From Octopus sinensis (lineage: Eukaryota): a stretch of DNA of 64,000 bases. This document shows positions 1 through 13,276 of this stretch, piece after piece. How positions within the stretch are numbered: position 1 is the first letter of the stretch; each line of letters begins with the position of its first letter. The notes beneath the pieces were generated by a model, which was not told the DNA's origin, made no database searches, and worked only from the letters and a program-made list of their open reading frames with translations. The position numbers and the translations under genes are program-made. The stretch covers positions 54,498,001 through 54,562,000 of the forward strand of contig NC_043013.1 of assembly GCF_006345805.1 (NCBI RefSeq), read 5' to 3'.

Positions 1-54
1 TATATATGTATACATAGACATATATACATATATATATATATAATATATATATAT

Positions 55-85
<31 letters not shown>

Positions 86-996
86 CATACATATGTACAT
101 ACATATATATACATATGTACATATATATATATATATATACATACGTACATGCATATATATATATACTCACAATACATTTGGCAAGATCATAACTTCACAG
201 AAATTGGAAAACCTTTTTCCTTTTTTTATTTCCTCTTGGTGTATTTATTGCAAAGAAAATGCATCTAAAACTATACGGGATTAAATTTTTGCTATCAACT
301 TATTACGAACCTTCATCTACTTTCTACAATGCCGCCGCCGTTCCAATAAAACACCGACATAGGAAGCTGTATGTGTGAAAAGAATGTGTAAAAAATATCA
401 CCTGAATTCTTGAGTCTGAATGGTTACAACTGTGTGTGTGAGGGAGAGATGGAGCTGGAAAGAGGTTGTTGCGTAAGGATGGCAGGTCAAATTAGTTTTT
501 TGTAATGATGCATATTATTGTAACGGCAAAAAGTTAGCAAGAAGAATATTTAGTATAATTATAATGGAAGGTATTTCATAACAAGGAGACCGAGTTCGGG
601 GCGAGGGTGGCGGGGGAGGTTCAGAAAGTTAAGTATTATGTATTATGATTTCTGTTTTGTTTTTGTTTTATGGGTTTTGTGTTGTGTTTTTTTTTATTTT
701 TGCATTGGTTTTTTTTTTTGTTCATTAATTATTTCTCTCATTTTCTTTCTTTTGTTGTTGTTTTTATTAACTCCACACCAGACATTTTGGAGTCAGATCT
801 AATTTAGACATAACCTCCCAGAGTGCAAAACAGCCAGCAGAAGGAAGAGTGAAATGTATAGAGATACCTCTAGAACTTCACACACACACTTGTAGGGGGG
901 AAGGAGGGGATAGGGTGAGGGAGACAGAATGAAAGCTCTTAGAGTTATAGGCAAAATAAAAATACATATACATACACACACATAGATGTGCGTATG

Positions 997-1062
<66 letters not shown>

Positions 1063-2328
1063 TAAATTAGACACAGTTTTAGGATTTTCTCAGATTTTGG
1101 TAACTTTAGATGTAAGTAAAAATATTTGATTTCAGACTAGATTGAGGAAATGGGTAGCTTCATTTAAGAGAAATATACCGTTTCTTTTTCTATTTTTTTT
1201 TGCATTTTTTATTTTATTTTTATTTGTTCTTTTTTTTTTCTTTTTTTCTCTTTCGCTTTCCTATTAGAAGCAGGTGTAAATCAAAAAGGCTTTGCATCCA
1301 AAATGTCTTGATTCCTTCTCCTTTATCTTTTATTTACCCTGTCAGATCTCGTTAGAACAATGAGATTTTTAACAGCATGATTTTTCTTAAGAAGCATTTC
1401 TCCAAGAATCCATACAGAATTTAATATGATTTCTTTTGTTAATCATGTGAGAATGGATTAGTTGAATGTTCTCATAAAAATATGTTAGAAGTAAAATATT
1501 AACAGACTAAGCTAGAATTGGTAATTCCAGAGCTGCATAAAATTCTATAAAAAAAGTCAGTTTCTGTGAATATCTCTGTCTCTGACATGTCTCTTGGTAT
1601 AACATGTAAGGGGAGAATATATTTGTAAGTTATACAGTAACTGAAACAAAACATTTCTTTTCTCCCTGGGTGGGTGGGTGAGGTACGCTCCATAATATAA
1701 GACAGAATTCATTAAATATGTCTCCAACTGGTTAAAAATCAAAAGGAATGATGACAATGGCACTGTAGCCTCTTAACATATTTCATCCCCTTCCACACAG
1801 GATATTCTAAGAGAATAGTTCTAGGTGCAGAGTTTATTAGATATGTTTGAAGAATTAATGGTGCTGTGAATGATCAGAATAAAACATAAAATCAACATGT
1901 AGAGAGCTCTTATGTTCTTAGCCTATTTTTGTAATCATCACTACAAATTATGGAGAAGAAAGCACATGGCAGACATGATCAGAGATGATAGGTGAAAGAC
2001 ATGACTAAAGGTGATTCAGACAGCAACACAGCTGACAGAGAGGACCACAGGTGAAAAACAAGTCCAGACTACAGACAGCAAATAGAACAGCAGGTAATGG
2101 TTTGTGTATGTGTTGTTGCACATACACGCACGTGTGTGTGATGTGGTTAATGGTTTACGTCCCTATCAGCTCCAACCAATAAGACTTAGAATCAGACATT
2201 CCATCTGTGACTATCCTGTTCATTAGGGACATCCAGGACAGCATTATCTAATCTGGTTATCCCCTCATTAACTCACACACATGTGTATGTAAAAGGGAGA
2301 TAGAAAGCTAGATATATATATATATATA

Positions 2329-2392
<64 letters not shown>

Positions 2393-2950
2393 TGTGTGTG
2401 TGTGTTTTGATATCCTTTTCTTGTTGCTCCCCAAACATCACCATCCTCTATAGAAAACATTTCCATTTTCTCATTTCCAGTTACATCGCACACAATATAG
2501 ATATATATCATTATCATTTCTAAACTTCATTATGAATTAATCTGAGGTTTTGGCTGTGTCATCTTTGGTTCTGAATTAGCCTCCTGCTTTCATGGTTCCT
2601 AATTCTATCTTCTATTTCACACCACAAGCACAAGCAGCAGCTCATTGCTCTGCTGAAATAAGTTCTTTTTAAAACGATTTCATTCTGAACTGATGGCCAA
2701 GAATTTCAAGAGAAAGTAAAAAAAAAAGTTTTTCAGTGCAATTTTAGTAACAATGTTGTAAGCTAATTATAATGATGTATTTGATGACAGTAATGACTTT
2801 TTAATTAGGTATAAAACTCTCAGCTAAGAGTGCAGTGTGTAACCTTGGGATCTGACATAACAATTAAAATGAGATATGAGCTACAAGGCAACAGAATAAG
2901 TTTCATAATAATAACAATAATAATAATGATGATGATGATAATAGTTCATT

Positions 2951-3160
2951 CCATTCCAGGCGCTGGGTTTGAGATTTGGGGTAGAGGGTTAGTAGATTAC
3001 ATCAACAGCAGCACTCAGTTGGTACTTCTCTCATCGACCCCAAAAGGATGACAGGCAAAGTCAACCTCGGTGGAATTTGAACTCAGAATGTAAAGAACGA
3101 GAAGAAATACCACACAGCATATTTACCAATGCTCTAAAGAGTCTGCCAGCTCACCACCTT
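2951..3160 (-). mobile_element. tRNA-derived SINE, family A
   Basis: Reverse complement has AAGGTGGTGAGCTGGCAGA head, GAGTTCAAATTCC B-box-like motif and the GTTGACTTTGCC..CATCCTTTTGGGGTCGAT..AAGTACC core. Confidence 0.85.
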
Positions 3161-3335
3161 TAATAATAATAATAAGAAGAAGAAGAAGGAGGAGGAGGAG
3201 GAGGAAAAGAAGCATAGCAATATGCAGCAGAAACACAAAAAATACCCAAGACAATGAGACATTGCACTTACTGAAGTCACACAGAGCTGGGCTCAGTTTT
3301 ACACTGAAAACATGCAATAAAAATAAGACTAGCAA

Positions 3336-3372
<37 letters not shown>

Positions 3373-4217
3373 TAATAATGCTGTAAATCTAACGTGTAAA
3401 CTGTAAATCTAACATAGATGTTTCCTTCCCAAACCATTCTTTGCTACATTATGGTAACATTGATTTCGAGACTGACATTTTCTGGGTGTCGTATGACCTT
3501 TCTTTTAAAATAATTTGTTTCTTCAAGTGTTTCTGGCTTATTTTCTACATTGCTGCAGTTTATTCTCTCTGTACCATTCTATCTCCCCTGCTGATCTTTC
3601 ATTCTAGCAAACTGAAGTGTTTGCCATGATCTAAATGGATTAAAAGCAACAAGAATTTTTCAGTTTCTGACTTTATATAAAGAGTAAAAGCCTTTTGTTT
3701 ATCAAGGAAATTGGCAAAGTTTATTATTCTTTATTAACTCACAGCTTGACCAATTGGACAATCATTATGGCCATTAGCTTACTTCTTTATTTTTTCATTA
3801 TTTCTCTTAATTCATTGATAATTACTTGAAAGTTCTGTTTCGAAGACAATGACAAATGAAGGAACCTGATGTAAATTGGTAAATAACTGAGTTTTTATTG
3901 GTGCTGCAAATAGCTAGCACCTTGCTGAAAGCTAACTTACTCACAGAGTAATGTATGTTTCTTAGAATAGAATGTAGCTCTCTCATCTGATCTCCCTCTC
4001 ACCTCGCCCTCTCTTTTGCTATTTCTCTTCTTTCTTTTTTATTTTTGTATTTCCTTTGTCTTTTCAGCTTCTGTGAATCAATGAGAGAGGGATTCATTTT
4101 ATCTGGCAACTAATGAAGCCTAATGAAAAGAAAATATGCAGTGGTTGTTATGTGTGGTGGGGGTGACGGTCTTTCTTTTAGTGCCAGCAGCAGCAACAAT
4201 ATTGTACTAATGGCAGC

Positions 4218-4253
<36 letters not shown>

Positions 4254-4491
4254 GGTAACAACAGCAACCGTAGTAGTGGTGGTGGTAGTAGTGGCAGTAG
4301 TAGCAGCAGCAATAGTAGTAATGGTGGTGGTGGTAGTAGTAGTAATCTTAGTATAAGTTCTAATAATAATAGTAGTAATGTCAATAAACTATGAATGGAA
4401 GTAATAACATCAAAAGAACTTATTGTAATGGTAGCAGAAGTGATGGTGACTATGGTGGAGGAGGTGGTGACGTTCGTGGGTGGGTGGGGAG

Positions 4492-4506
4492 GTTGCCGCT
4501 GGTAAC
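4492..4506. promoter_or_regulatory. RFX X-box-like motif
   Basis: GTTGCC-GCT-GGTAAC matches GTNRCC(N0-3)RGYAAC exactly and lies in a CpG-bearing patch. Confidence 0.28.
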
Positions 4507-6432
4507 AAATGAAGCAGAAGATAAAAGGCTTACAAACGAATTTTATAAAAACTGCAAAGTTTTAGTGAATAGGGAAGAAGACGGGTCCCTGGTAGCGTTG
4601 GGAGAAAACAGCCATGCATGATATGCAGAAAAGAAAGAGTTGGCAGAAAGTCCATATGCTGTTAAGAAGACATGAGAAATAGATTGCTTTAACTGCCTAG
4701 AAGCTTCCTTGAGAACTGTTGGTAAATTTCTTGTTTTCTTTTTTTTTTTTCTTGCCTAGATAACCTAATTAATAGCAAGTTGGGGTTTCGCAAAAGTATA
4801 ATAGCCTCAGTTAAGAACAGGGTGGTTTCAAGTCCAGAGAGTTATTACTTGTGTTGATAACAAAGGGCTTCTATCATAGAGTAAAAGGCAAGATGAGTGG
4901 TGACACACTATCTAGGAGGTGACACACTCAGAGCTGCCTTTGTAGCATTGTAGGACCCCAGGGCAAATCACTTCACTAGGCCTTACAGTATTTATTTATT
5001 GACAGCAAGCCACTAAATACATAGGTCAGAATTGGGTCCCTAGACCCGTGGAACCCTTGGGCAACCATCCAGTGTGCCTATGCCTTAAGCAGACTCTAAG
5101 CTCATTCTTGTTAAGCTATTGTGTAGATGGTGATGGTAGTTGACATGTATATCTATAGGTGATCTCTTACCCAATGGGTATATCTCTGTTGGGTCCTCTA
5201 TCCATTACTCTTTCATCTACCACTAACCCCCTTTGGCCTACACACCTTTGACCCACAACACTAAAGGTGACAGGGATGTGCCAGCACTAAGCATCTTCTT
5301 TGTTTACTAACCTTGAAAGAATGAAAGGCAAAGTCAGTTTTGTCAGAGCATAGTTAGCCATAATAGATTAAGCCATTTTATCTGGTGCTCAAAAGAATCT
5401 GTCAGCTGACCCTTCAAATCCCTGTCAGTTTGAGGGAACATATACTTGCTTCATCAACTGATCCCCTTGTTCATTGCATAAATAGCTGAGTATTCTGCAG
5501 ACACAGCTGTACTTAATGTAATTCTCAGGCAGAATCACATCACAGTGATACAGGGTGGGACTAGGTTGGATCTTTAAGTTACAGGTGCAGTTCATTTATT
5601 GGGCTTCACTCAGGTTCCACTTACACAATTTTGGAGTTGACTGAAGGATATAGTAGAAAATTTGACCAGGTGCCATGCAATGGGACTGAACCTGAGACCA
5701 CATGGTTGTGAAACAAACTTCTTAAACACTCACCCAGTCATGGGAAATAAATGTTTTTACTTTTTTCACTCCATGAGGTGGAATTTTCAGGCTAAGGACA
5801 CAAGATTCAGGCTAAGGAAACAAGGAAGGTGAGTGTAAACAACCCAATTTGGCATGATTAATGTTTGCTCTTGTGTGCATGTGTGTGTGTCAGCCTGTTC
5901 CTCATTCTTTCTCGTTTCATAGCTAATTAGACATGATACAGTAACAGAACCCACCACATACCTATATTACATTTCAAATCTAAAACAGCAGGATTTCAAA
6001 AAAAAAACAAAAACAAAGAAAAAACACATTCACAGATGACTATCCTCCGCTTCACCACCACCACCACCATCAGCAGCACTAACAACAACAGCAGCAGTTA
6101 ACCATTCTCCTTCCTTTCCTTTCCTCTAAACAAACAAACATAGAAATCTACTCAGACCCTGTTACTCAGTCAATTGTAGACATACAAGTTGTTGAATTTG
6201 ATTCTCATTACACGCTACATGTAACACCATCGACCCTTAAATCTTTGCATGCAGCACACATCTACAGCACAACGCTACACACAGGCTTATGGAAAAAACA
6301 TGCTAGTCTCTCATTGTGTGTGTATGTCTGTGTGTGTATGTCTGTGTGTGTGTATATATACATATTTATATATCATCATCTTCATTTAACATCATTATTT
6401 CCATGCTAGCATGGGTTGGATATATATATATA

Positions 6433-6496
<64 letters not shown>

Positions 6497-6659
6497 GTAT
6501 ATACATTAATGTATATGTATGCATGTGAGTGTCTATATGTGATATATGTGCATGTCTGTATGGCTATATAAAATGTTCATGTGTGTTTGTGAATGTAACA
6601 GATATGTATATGCATGGTAACATATATATATACTTAGGTGTGTATATATATATACACAC

Positions 6660-6695
<36 letters not shown>

Positions 6696-7244
6696 CATAC
6701 ATACAGACATAGATGAACGCAAAATGCATAACCTCATTTGCCCCTGCCTGCACACTGTAAATACCAATGTGAATTTTCAATAATCTATTAGTAAATGTTT
6801 AATTATTTGTAAGGGGTTCATGAATATCATTTATATCTTTGGAATGGAAATTCAATAATTTAATGTTGCCCTCATTTCTCTAATATTTAGATAATTCCAA
6901 TAACGAAGCCATACTTGATTGAGCTCAAAAACTAATATAGTTATAAAACAACAGTGAAAAGTGTTTTTAATTTATTTATTTAGTTTTTGTAATGCAAAAG
7001 TTTGGGAAAAAGTAACCTTGGCTTCCATTCTCAAAGGATTATGAAAGAAATTGAGAAAGGAAAAGCAGTGTTGATTTAATGACTTAATGAATAGATAAGT
7101 CAGTGGAGAAGGGCAGTGCCTCTGAGCTTTTGGGTGGGGCTTTGAGAGTGGCAAGCTTTCTCGTTTCCTCTGAGGACCAAATACTTATAACAAAGAGCCG
7201 TTTGCTAAAAGTACACAAGAGCCAGATGGTGGTTTCAAATTATG

Positions 7245-7410
7245 AGATATGGCTGTGTAATTGGAGTTTTGGGGTTCAGTTCCACAAGATGGCACCTTGG
7301 TTAAGTGTCTTCTGGATAGACCCTGGGCTATCCAAAGACTTTTGAGTGGATTTGATAGATGGAAACTGAAAGAAGCTTGTTGTGTATGTGTGTGTGTGTG
7401 TGTGTGTGGA
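7245..7410 (+). mobile_element. SINE family B, 5' half
   Basis: GGGTTCAGTTCCAC..GGCACCTTGG..GAGTGGATTTGATAGATGGAAACTGAAAGAAGC. Confidence 0.75.
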
Positions 7411-7732
7411 TAGATAAGTTGACATAGGTGTGTATGTACGTTTATATTACCCTATTTTGGAAGAAGAAGGGCATCCACCTCAATAAACTTAATCTGACCC
7501 CAGCAAGAATAGTTAAGTGGATGTTAAAATGATGATGATGATGATGACCTAGGATGACTTTGATTCCTCTAATGAACTTTGACAGATTTCTACCAGCTAA
7601 ATTTTATTCATATATCTATGTTCGACTTCATAAAAGACATTAATTCAAGCAGCTGTAACATAGTATCGAACCTGGAACCATTTCATTGAGAAGCAAACCT
7701 CTTTACCACACAACCAAGCCAAGTAATTGCAA

Positions 7733-7793
7733 TCAGCCATTTAGTTTCTTGGTTTCTATAAGAGTATCTGGAATTATTTCACTACTGCAACCA
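7733..7793 (-). CDS. Candidate terminal coding exon
   Basis: Strong acceptor tgtctctcctccacatcttctccatctcAG; phase 2; GCSSEIIPDTLIETKKLNG*; AATAAA on the minus strand at 7603-7608. Confidence 0.2.
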
Positions 7794-8031
7794 CTGAGAT
7801 GGAGAAGATGTGGAGGAGAGACAAATAACTGAATAACAACCAATGAAAATGTTGTAACATTCATTGATGAAGAGCTGGGGGTAGGGGAAGGGGTGGGTAG
7901 CCACAGGAAAGACAAAAACACTGGCTCAAAGTTGAACTGTGTACAGCAGTAGACTTGGGATAAAAGATTATATTATATATGTGCATGTGTGAGTAGTTAG
8001 ACAGATATAAATATATCTTATATACATACAA

Positions 8032-8065
<34 letters not shown>

Positions 8066-8599
8066 ATATATATATATGTATGTATATATATATGTATCTA
8101 TATATACAAATATATATGTATGTATGTATGCATGTATGTATGTATATATAAAGATAGATTGATAGAGAGACATTTAATTTCATTATATTGTATTATATAT
8201 TTGTATATATTGTTTATACACATCATTATCAGTGTTTGCTGTTTTGTCTTCAATATACACACTTTACTTAATACACATTAATAATATGCAGAATGTTTGC
8301 ATGTAAACTAAGGGTTAGCAATGTCACATTAATTGTCTTTCTGTTTTGTGTATGCATGTATATCTTATTATTATTATCATTTCTAATTTTCAAATCAACT
8401 CGACTCCTTAAACTATGAAATGGAGAGATTTGATGTTTTTTCTCTTCTATTTTGTTTGCTAGCTTCTTCCAATTTTTAACCCCCCCCCCCATTTTTTTTA
8501 GCTTTTGCTCTTTATAGCTATGGACGTTTTTTTTTTAATGTATTTTGTCGCAACATTTCAACTTTATCTGCCACATAACTAATTTGATATAAATGTCAG

Positions 8600-8661
8600 T
8601 TACCATTATTATTCTTGTTATTATTATCATTATTATTATTATTATTATTATTATATTTATA

Positions 8662-8695
<34 letters not shown>

Positions 8696-8765
8696 TTATA
8701 ATTATTATTATTATTACTATTATCATTATTAATACTATTATTATTATCATTAATAGTATTATTAT
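8600..8765. repeat. (ATT)n microsatellite
   Basis: Direct inspection. Similar tracts lie at 3335-3375, 13245-13290, 16470-16515, 29835-29885, 52050-52140 and 54155-54235. Confidence 0.95.
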
Positions 8766-10444
8766 TTTTTAATTTTTTGTTGAAATCCTCACATCTTTCA
8801 TAAGCTCATTTCAATAGGTTCTTCATTTTCTTTCTGCTTATCTCCTGTTGTTTCACAACTCTTCACCTCTGTTGCTCATGTCTCTAACAAAGCCCATCAG
8901 GCCAGCTTTTACACATTTCATTGTCGGTCTTTTGTGTTGGCAGAGAATCACATCATTGTTTCATAGCAGTAGGAATTCTCTAAAAGTTATTCCAAATACA
9001 ACATCTACGATGGTTTAGCTATGAAAAGAATGGCCCAACTACTTATGTTAGTGATAAGAGATGGTGCTTTGACCTTCACTGACAAAAACAATTGCAAAAC
9101 ACATTCAATGAAAATAAATAAACAAAATGAAATTAACTAATTTGGGAAAAATTTGTTAAAACATTAAACCTATTATATGCAATGTTATAATAGAGGGGCA
9201 GGTGAGGTGGGGACCCATTGCTATTTGTTTCTCAATGGTAGACATTGAAATTTTTTTTTTTTTATGATGTGCGCACAATTTTGTAAGGATTAGAAATACT
9301 GTTTTATTTATTTTAATTTCTTTTTTGAAGTTTTGCATTTTTTTCTCTCTCAAATTTAATTCAAATTTATCATTTGCACACTTTTGTTATCATAGCAGCA
9401 AAAACAGAGCTTTCTATTGAAATTTGGTTTTGTTGGGTTTTTTTTCTCTTTTTATATCATTCTAGAATAGTCAAAAACTGAGAGAATTGTATATTGGCAT
9501 TCAGACACATATACACACACATATGCACACGCACACACACACACGCGCACACAATAAATTGTGTTTATTTTCTTTGACAACATTTTTAGTAAATGAATTC
9601 ATTTTATGAACTTTATGAAAATATAGATGATGATAGTATAAAATACAATACCAACAGATATTTTTGCAAATGTGAACGTGTGTACATATGTGTGAATATT
9701 TATATATATATATATCTACATTTATGTAACTAGAAATGGAGACAAACTGGCATTAGGAATGTGTTTCTGTGAAAAGTTGAATGTGCAGTTTCTACGATGT
9801 AAAAGTAATTGTTTTGAATGACTGATGATTGGTAGATATAACGAGGTTTCTTATGCAGGCAGGTACAATACTGAGTCTGTATTGTTGGTATTTATGTAAA
9901 TATATGAATATACATATATCAGCTGGGAGCAAGAATGGCATTGGCTCTAGAAAATCTACTTCAGTGAATTCTATCTGGTCCATGCAAGTTTGAGAAAGTG
10001 GACAATAAAAATGACAACGATGATATACATGTATGTTTCCTCGAATTCGCCATCGTGTGGAAGTGATAACTGTGTACTGTTGATTATAAATAAATAAATA
10101 AATAAATATACGTGTATGTATATATAAGAAAAGGCATAAATAATGAGCTTTAGACATATATTTATTTATTTGTGCATTGTAGACTTGCAGCTGTTTCTGG
10201 TGTGTATTTTAGATGCGTTCATTGTTTAGTTTACTCAATCACAACACTAAGAATTATTACTTAATCTAGTATCACAAAGTTTGCCATGATATGATATAAT
10301 GTTTGGAACAAATAACCACATTGCAACAAATATACAGCAAATATAGCAACATGACTAAATATCATTCTATAATATTTACTAATCATTAGGGATAATCAGC
10401 GTGAAGATATCAAATATTTAAGACTACACATATATGGGAAACTA

Positions 10445-10716
10445 CCACCTGTGTCATCTCTTGTGAAGGGTAAGAGAGTCCAGTTTGCTGGACATTGTTG
10501 TAGAGCTGAAAAAGAGGTAATTTCTACTCTTCTCCTCTGGAAGCCATCTACCCACAATACCAGAGGGTGCACACTCTCCTACCCTGATGTAATCTCCAGG
10601 GATACAGGCATCCAGCAACAGGACCTCCGTAATGCCATGATGGGCCGTGAAGTCTGGTGTAGCATGGTAAATTCCATTGTCTCAACCACGGTCGAACAAT
10701 GATGAATGATGATGAT
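10445..10716 (+). mobile_element. 3' end of an RTE-clade LINE (ORF2 C-terminus plus GAT-rich tail)
   Basis: KRVQFAGHCCRAEKEVISTLLLWKP..TLSYPDVISRDTGIQQQDLRNAMMGREVW fits the RTE terminal motif RL.FAGHC.R...WxP....TY.D...D......L...M.DR..W, followed by TGATGAATGATGATGATG. Confidence 0.85.
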
Positions 10717-11055
10717 GTTGTCTTAGAATGCATCTCAGAGCATCTGAACCATTTGTGTTTGTATAAAGAATTCCTTGTTTTTAGAACAATTTCCACACTT
10801 CACATTTAGCTTCTACTTTATCACAGATTCGTCTAAAATGTTTAAAGCAAATATTTTATTTTTAACATTCACTTCAATTTTCAGAATCATTCTCTACCTT
10901 CTGTGATACTTGCTGTTTTCTTTCGTGTTTCTCTATGTTGGATGAAATCTGTTGTTCAGCATTCAAAGACTTTTCTACCGCTTCTCCATCATGTGTTTTA
11001 TGAATTGTCTTTTTTTTTTTTTTAGATTCAGAGTTGTTGGTGTTGAGGAGCCTAC

Positions 11056-11106
11056 CTCAGTGCAAAGCAGCTTTGGCACACTTCTTGACACAAAACTCTA
11101 TTGCTG
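11056..11106 (-). CDS. Candidate 51-nt symmetric exon
   Basis: Long polypyrimidine tract plus ctcAG; donor GAG/GTAGGC; phase 2 to 2; SNRVLCQEVCQSCFAL. Confidence 0.22.
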
Positions 11107-11516
11107 CTGAGAATAATATCAGGGAGAAAAAGAAAAAAAAAACATATGATGTCCACGTTGTTTGTCTTTGGCACCAGTACCAAATCGATCCGTAGATGTG
11201 AATGCGTTCCATGTTGCTTGGGGTTTTTAGCAAAGAAATGGTTTTGTTTGCACTTTACGGGTAAAGATTTTCAAACGGTATTGAGTAGGTGTTGCATATG
11301 AATCATTCTCAGTTTTACACTTTATTGTTTTAATATTATTTTTAGTAGTAGTAGTAGTGGTGGTGGTGATGGTGGTAGTAGTAGTAGTGGTAGTCGTAGT
11401 GGTAGTGGTAGTAGTGGATTGACAGCATCATTAGAGACTTGGTAAAAATACCTTGCATTATTTCTTCGACCTCTAACCTCCCTATCACACATGCACTCTC
11501 CCCCCTCTCTCTCTCT

Positions 11517-11556
<40 letters not shown>

Positions 11557-12127
11557 CTCCCAGCCTTCAACAATTGTTTATATGTTGTTCTTGGTCTCTA
11601 TTTCAACAGAAAAATTCTTTCGCTTATATGCTCCAGAAATTTCTCCAGTCATTCTTCAACTCCAAAACAATTCCAACACCCCACCACAACAAAGTCTAAG
11701 ATCTCTCACGTTTTACTCCATCTTCTTTATTATGGTCATATTAATGCCAGTGCTTCTCTCAAATCATCAGTTTTTACTGTGAAATTGTCAAAGATCTTAC
11801 AAGCATTATTTTCACTTAATTCAATTAATCTATTTTTAATGTGCCTGTTAATCTTTCTCTCTATCTTTTACTGTTGTTCCGTTAATTCTTCAATTATATT
11901 ATTCTTGTGGTACCTTGCAGCAGCCATGAAAGAGATGGCTAATTCTTCCATCTCCTTTGCCACATATCTGACACCATTTTACTGACATTTCATATCAGCT
12001 TAAATTTCTTGCACAATTATTACCATAGTTTTTCTTTCTTTACGCAACTCTTTATATCTCTGCAAAGCCCATTGACCAGATCTCTTGTTGTCATTGTTGT
12101 TACTATCGTTATTATTATTATTATTTC

Positions 12128-12341
12128 AAGGTAGCAAGCTAGCAGAATCGTTAGCACACCTGGCAAAATGCTTAGTGGTATTCCATCTGCCACTCCATTC
12201 TGAGGATAAATTCCACCGAGGTTAACTTTGCCTTTCATCCTTTCAGGATCAATTAAATAAGTACCAGTTATGCACTGGGTCAATATAATCAACTTAATCT
12301 CTTCCCCCAAATTTGAGGCTTTGTGCTTCTAGTAGAAAGAA
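12128..12341 (+). mobile_element. SINE family A (first of a tandem pair)
   Basis: AAGGTAGCAAGCTAGCAGAATCGTTAGCAC head, core and TTGTGC..AGTAGAAAGA end. Confidence 0.88.
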
Positions 12342-12354
12342 TTATTATTATTTC

Positions 12355-12567
12355 AAGGCAGCAAGCTGGCAGAATCATTAGCACACAGGGTGAAATGCTT
12401 AGTGGTATTTTGTTTGCCACTCCGTTCTAAGTTCAAATTCCACCAAGGTCGACTTTGTCTTTCATCCTTTTGGGGTCAATGAATTAAGTATCAGTCAAGT
12501 ACAAGGGTTGATGTCATCAACTATCCCCCACCCCAATTTTCAGGCCTTGTGCCTATAGTAGAAAGGA
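12355..12567 (+). mobile_element. SINE family A (second of a tandem pair)
   Basis: Same head, core and end; starts inside the (ATT)n tail of the first copy. Confidence 0.88.
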
Positions 12568-12839
12568 TTATTATTATTATTATTATTGGTTTCCTTTCAT
12601 TATAACTTTATTTCAGCTGCCTTAGTACCGGGCATTCTCAGGAGGCCAAGAGTAACAAGGACCATTTGTTTTGTTATATATGCTAAAATTATCCCCACAT
12701 TTATTCCATTTTAGATGGAGAGTGCTTTCCCTAGTATATGGCCTGGACCTATCAAGGTTATCTTTTGTAGTTCATGGAGATTTGAAGTTACCAGGGAGTT
12801 GCTTAATATACTTCTCAGCTCCCTTCTTTATCATTCCCA

Positions 12840-13235
12840 ACGAAGCCCAGTATACCCATCATGACCTACCCATCTGATAAGGGTACACCAGGCACATGCA
12901 TCACAACAATATGTGCACAACATGGTGATCTCATATCAAGATTAAGTGCATGACCTTGCAGGTTGGGCCCAGTTAGAATGTTCTACAAGTTGAGTAGCCC
13001 ATCCCATTCAAAAGGTCCCTGAATAAGGGTTGTTTAAGGATGTTGAATGAAACACTCATGTTTCTAAGGGTGAATTATCTTAACCCCATAGAATTCTTCT
13101 CAACACATGGCTATGATGCTCCCCCACAACTTCTGCTCATGATCAGAGATGCACATATCATCAGCCACAAAGGGACATGCTCAACTGGTTAAGGTCAAAC
13201 GACTGACAAATCTGTGGTATTGAACAGAATGTTTG
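12840..13235 (-). mobile_element. Unclassified interspersed repeat (SINE/LINE-tail-like)
   Basis: Higher-complexity non-coding block (GATCAGAGATGCACATATC..AAGGGACATGCTCAACTGGTTAAGGTCAAAC) that I recall as a multicopy octopod repeat; not verified. Confidence 0.45.
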
Positions 13236-13244
13236 CTGCAGCCC

Positions 13245-13276
<32 letters not shown>

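Noticed and set aside
3425-3560. Minus-strand frame with four N-glycosylation sequons (NGTERINCSNVENK..NVSLEINVT)
   Set aside because: No polypyrimidine acceptor or good donor; bounded by stops.
5791-5828. Plus-strand micro-exon candidates with GTGAGT/GTAAGT/GTAAGA donors (5791-5828, 25675-25699, 51423-51492, 61495-61528)
   Set aside because: Such signals are expected many times by chance in 64 kb, and they have no homology or consistent phase chain.
10870-11106. Minus-strand frame AIEFCVKKCAKAALH*GRLLNTNNSESKKKKKTIHKTHDGEAVEKSLNAEQQ..SEN* suggesting TGA readthrough or selenocysteine
   Set aside because: It depends on a 14-nt A-run, I saw no SECIS-like structure, and there is no homology; a chance frame is more likely.
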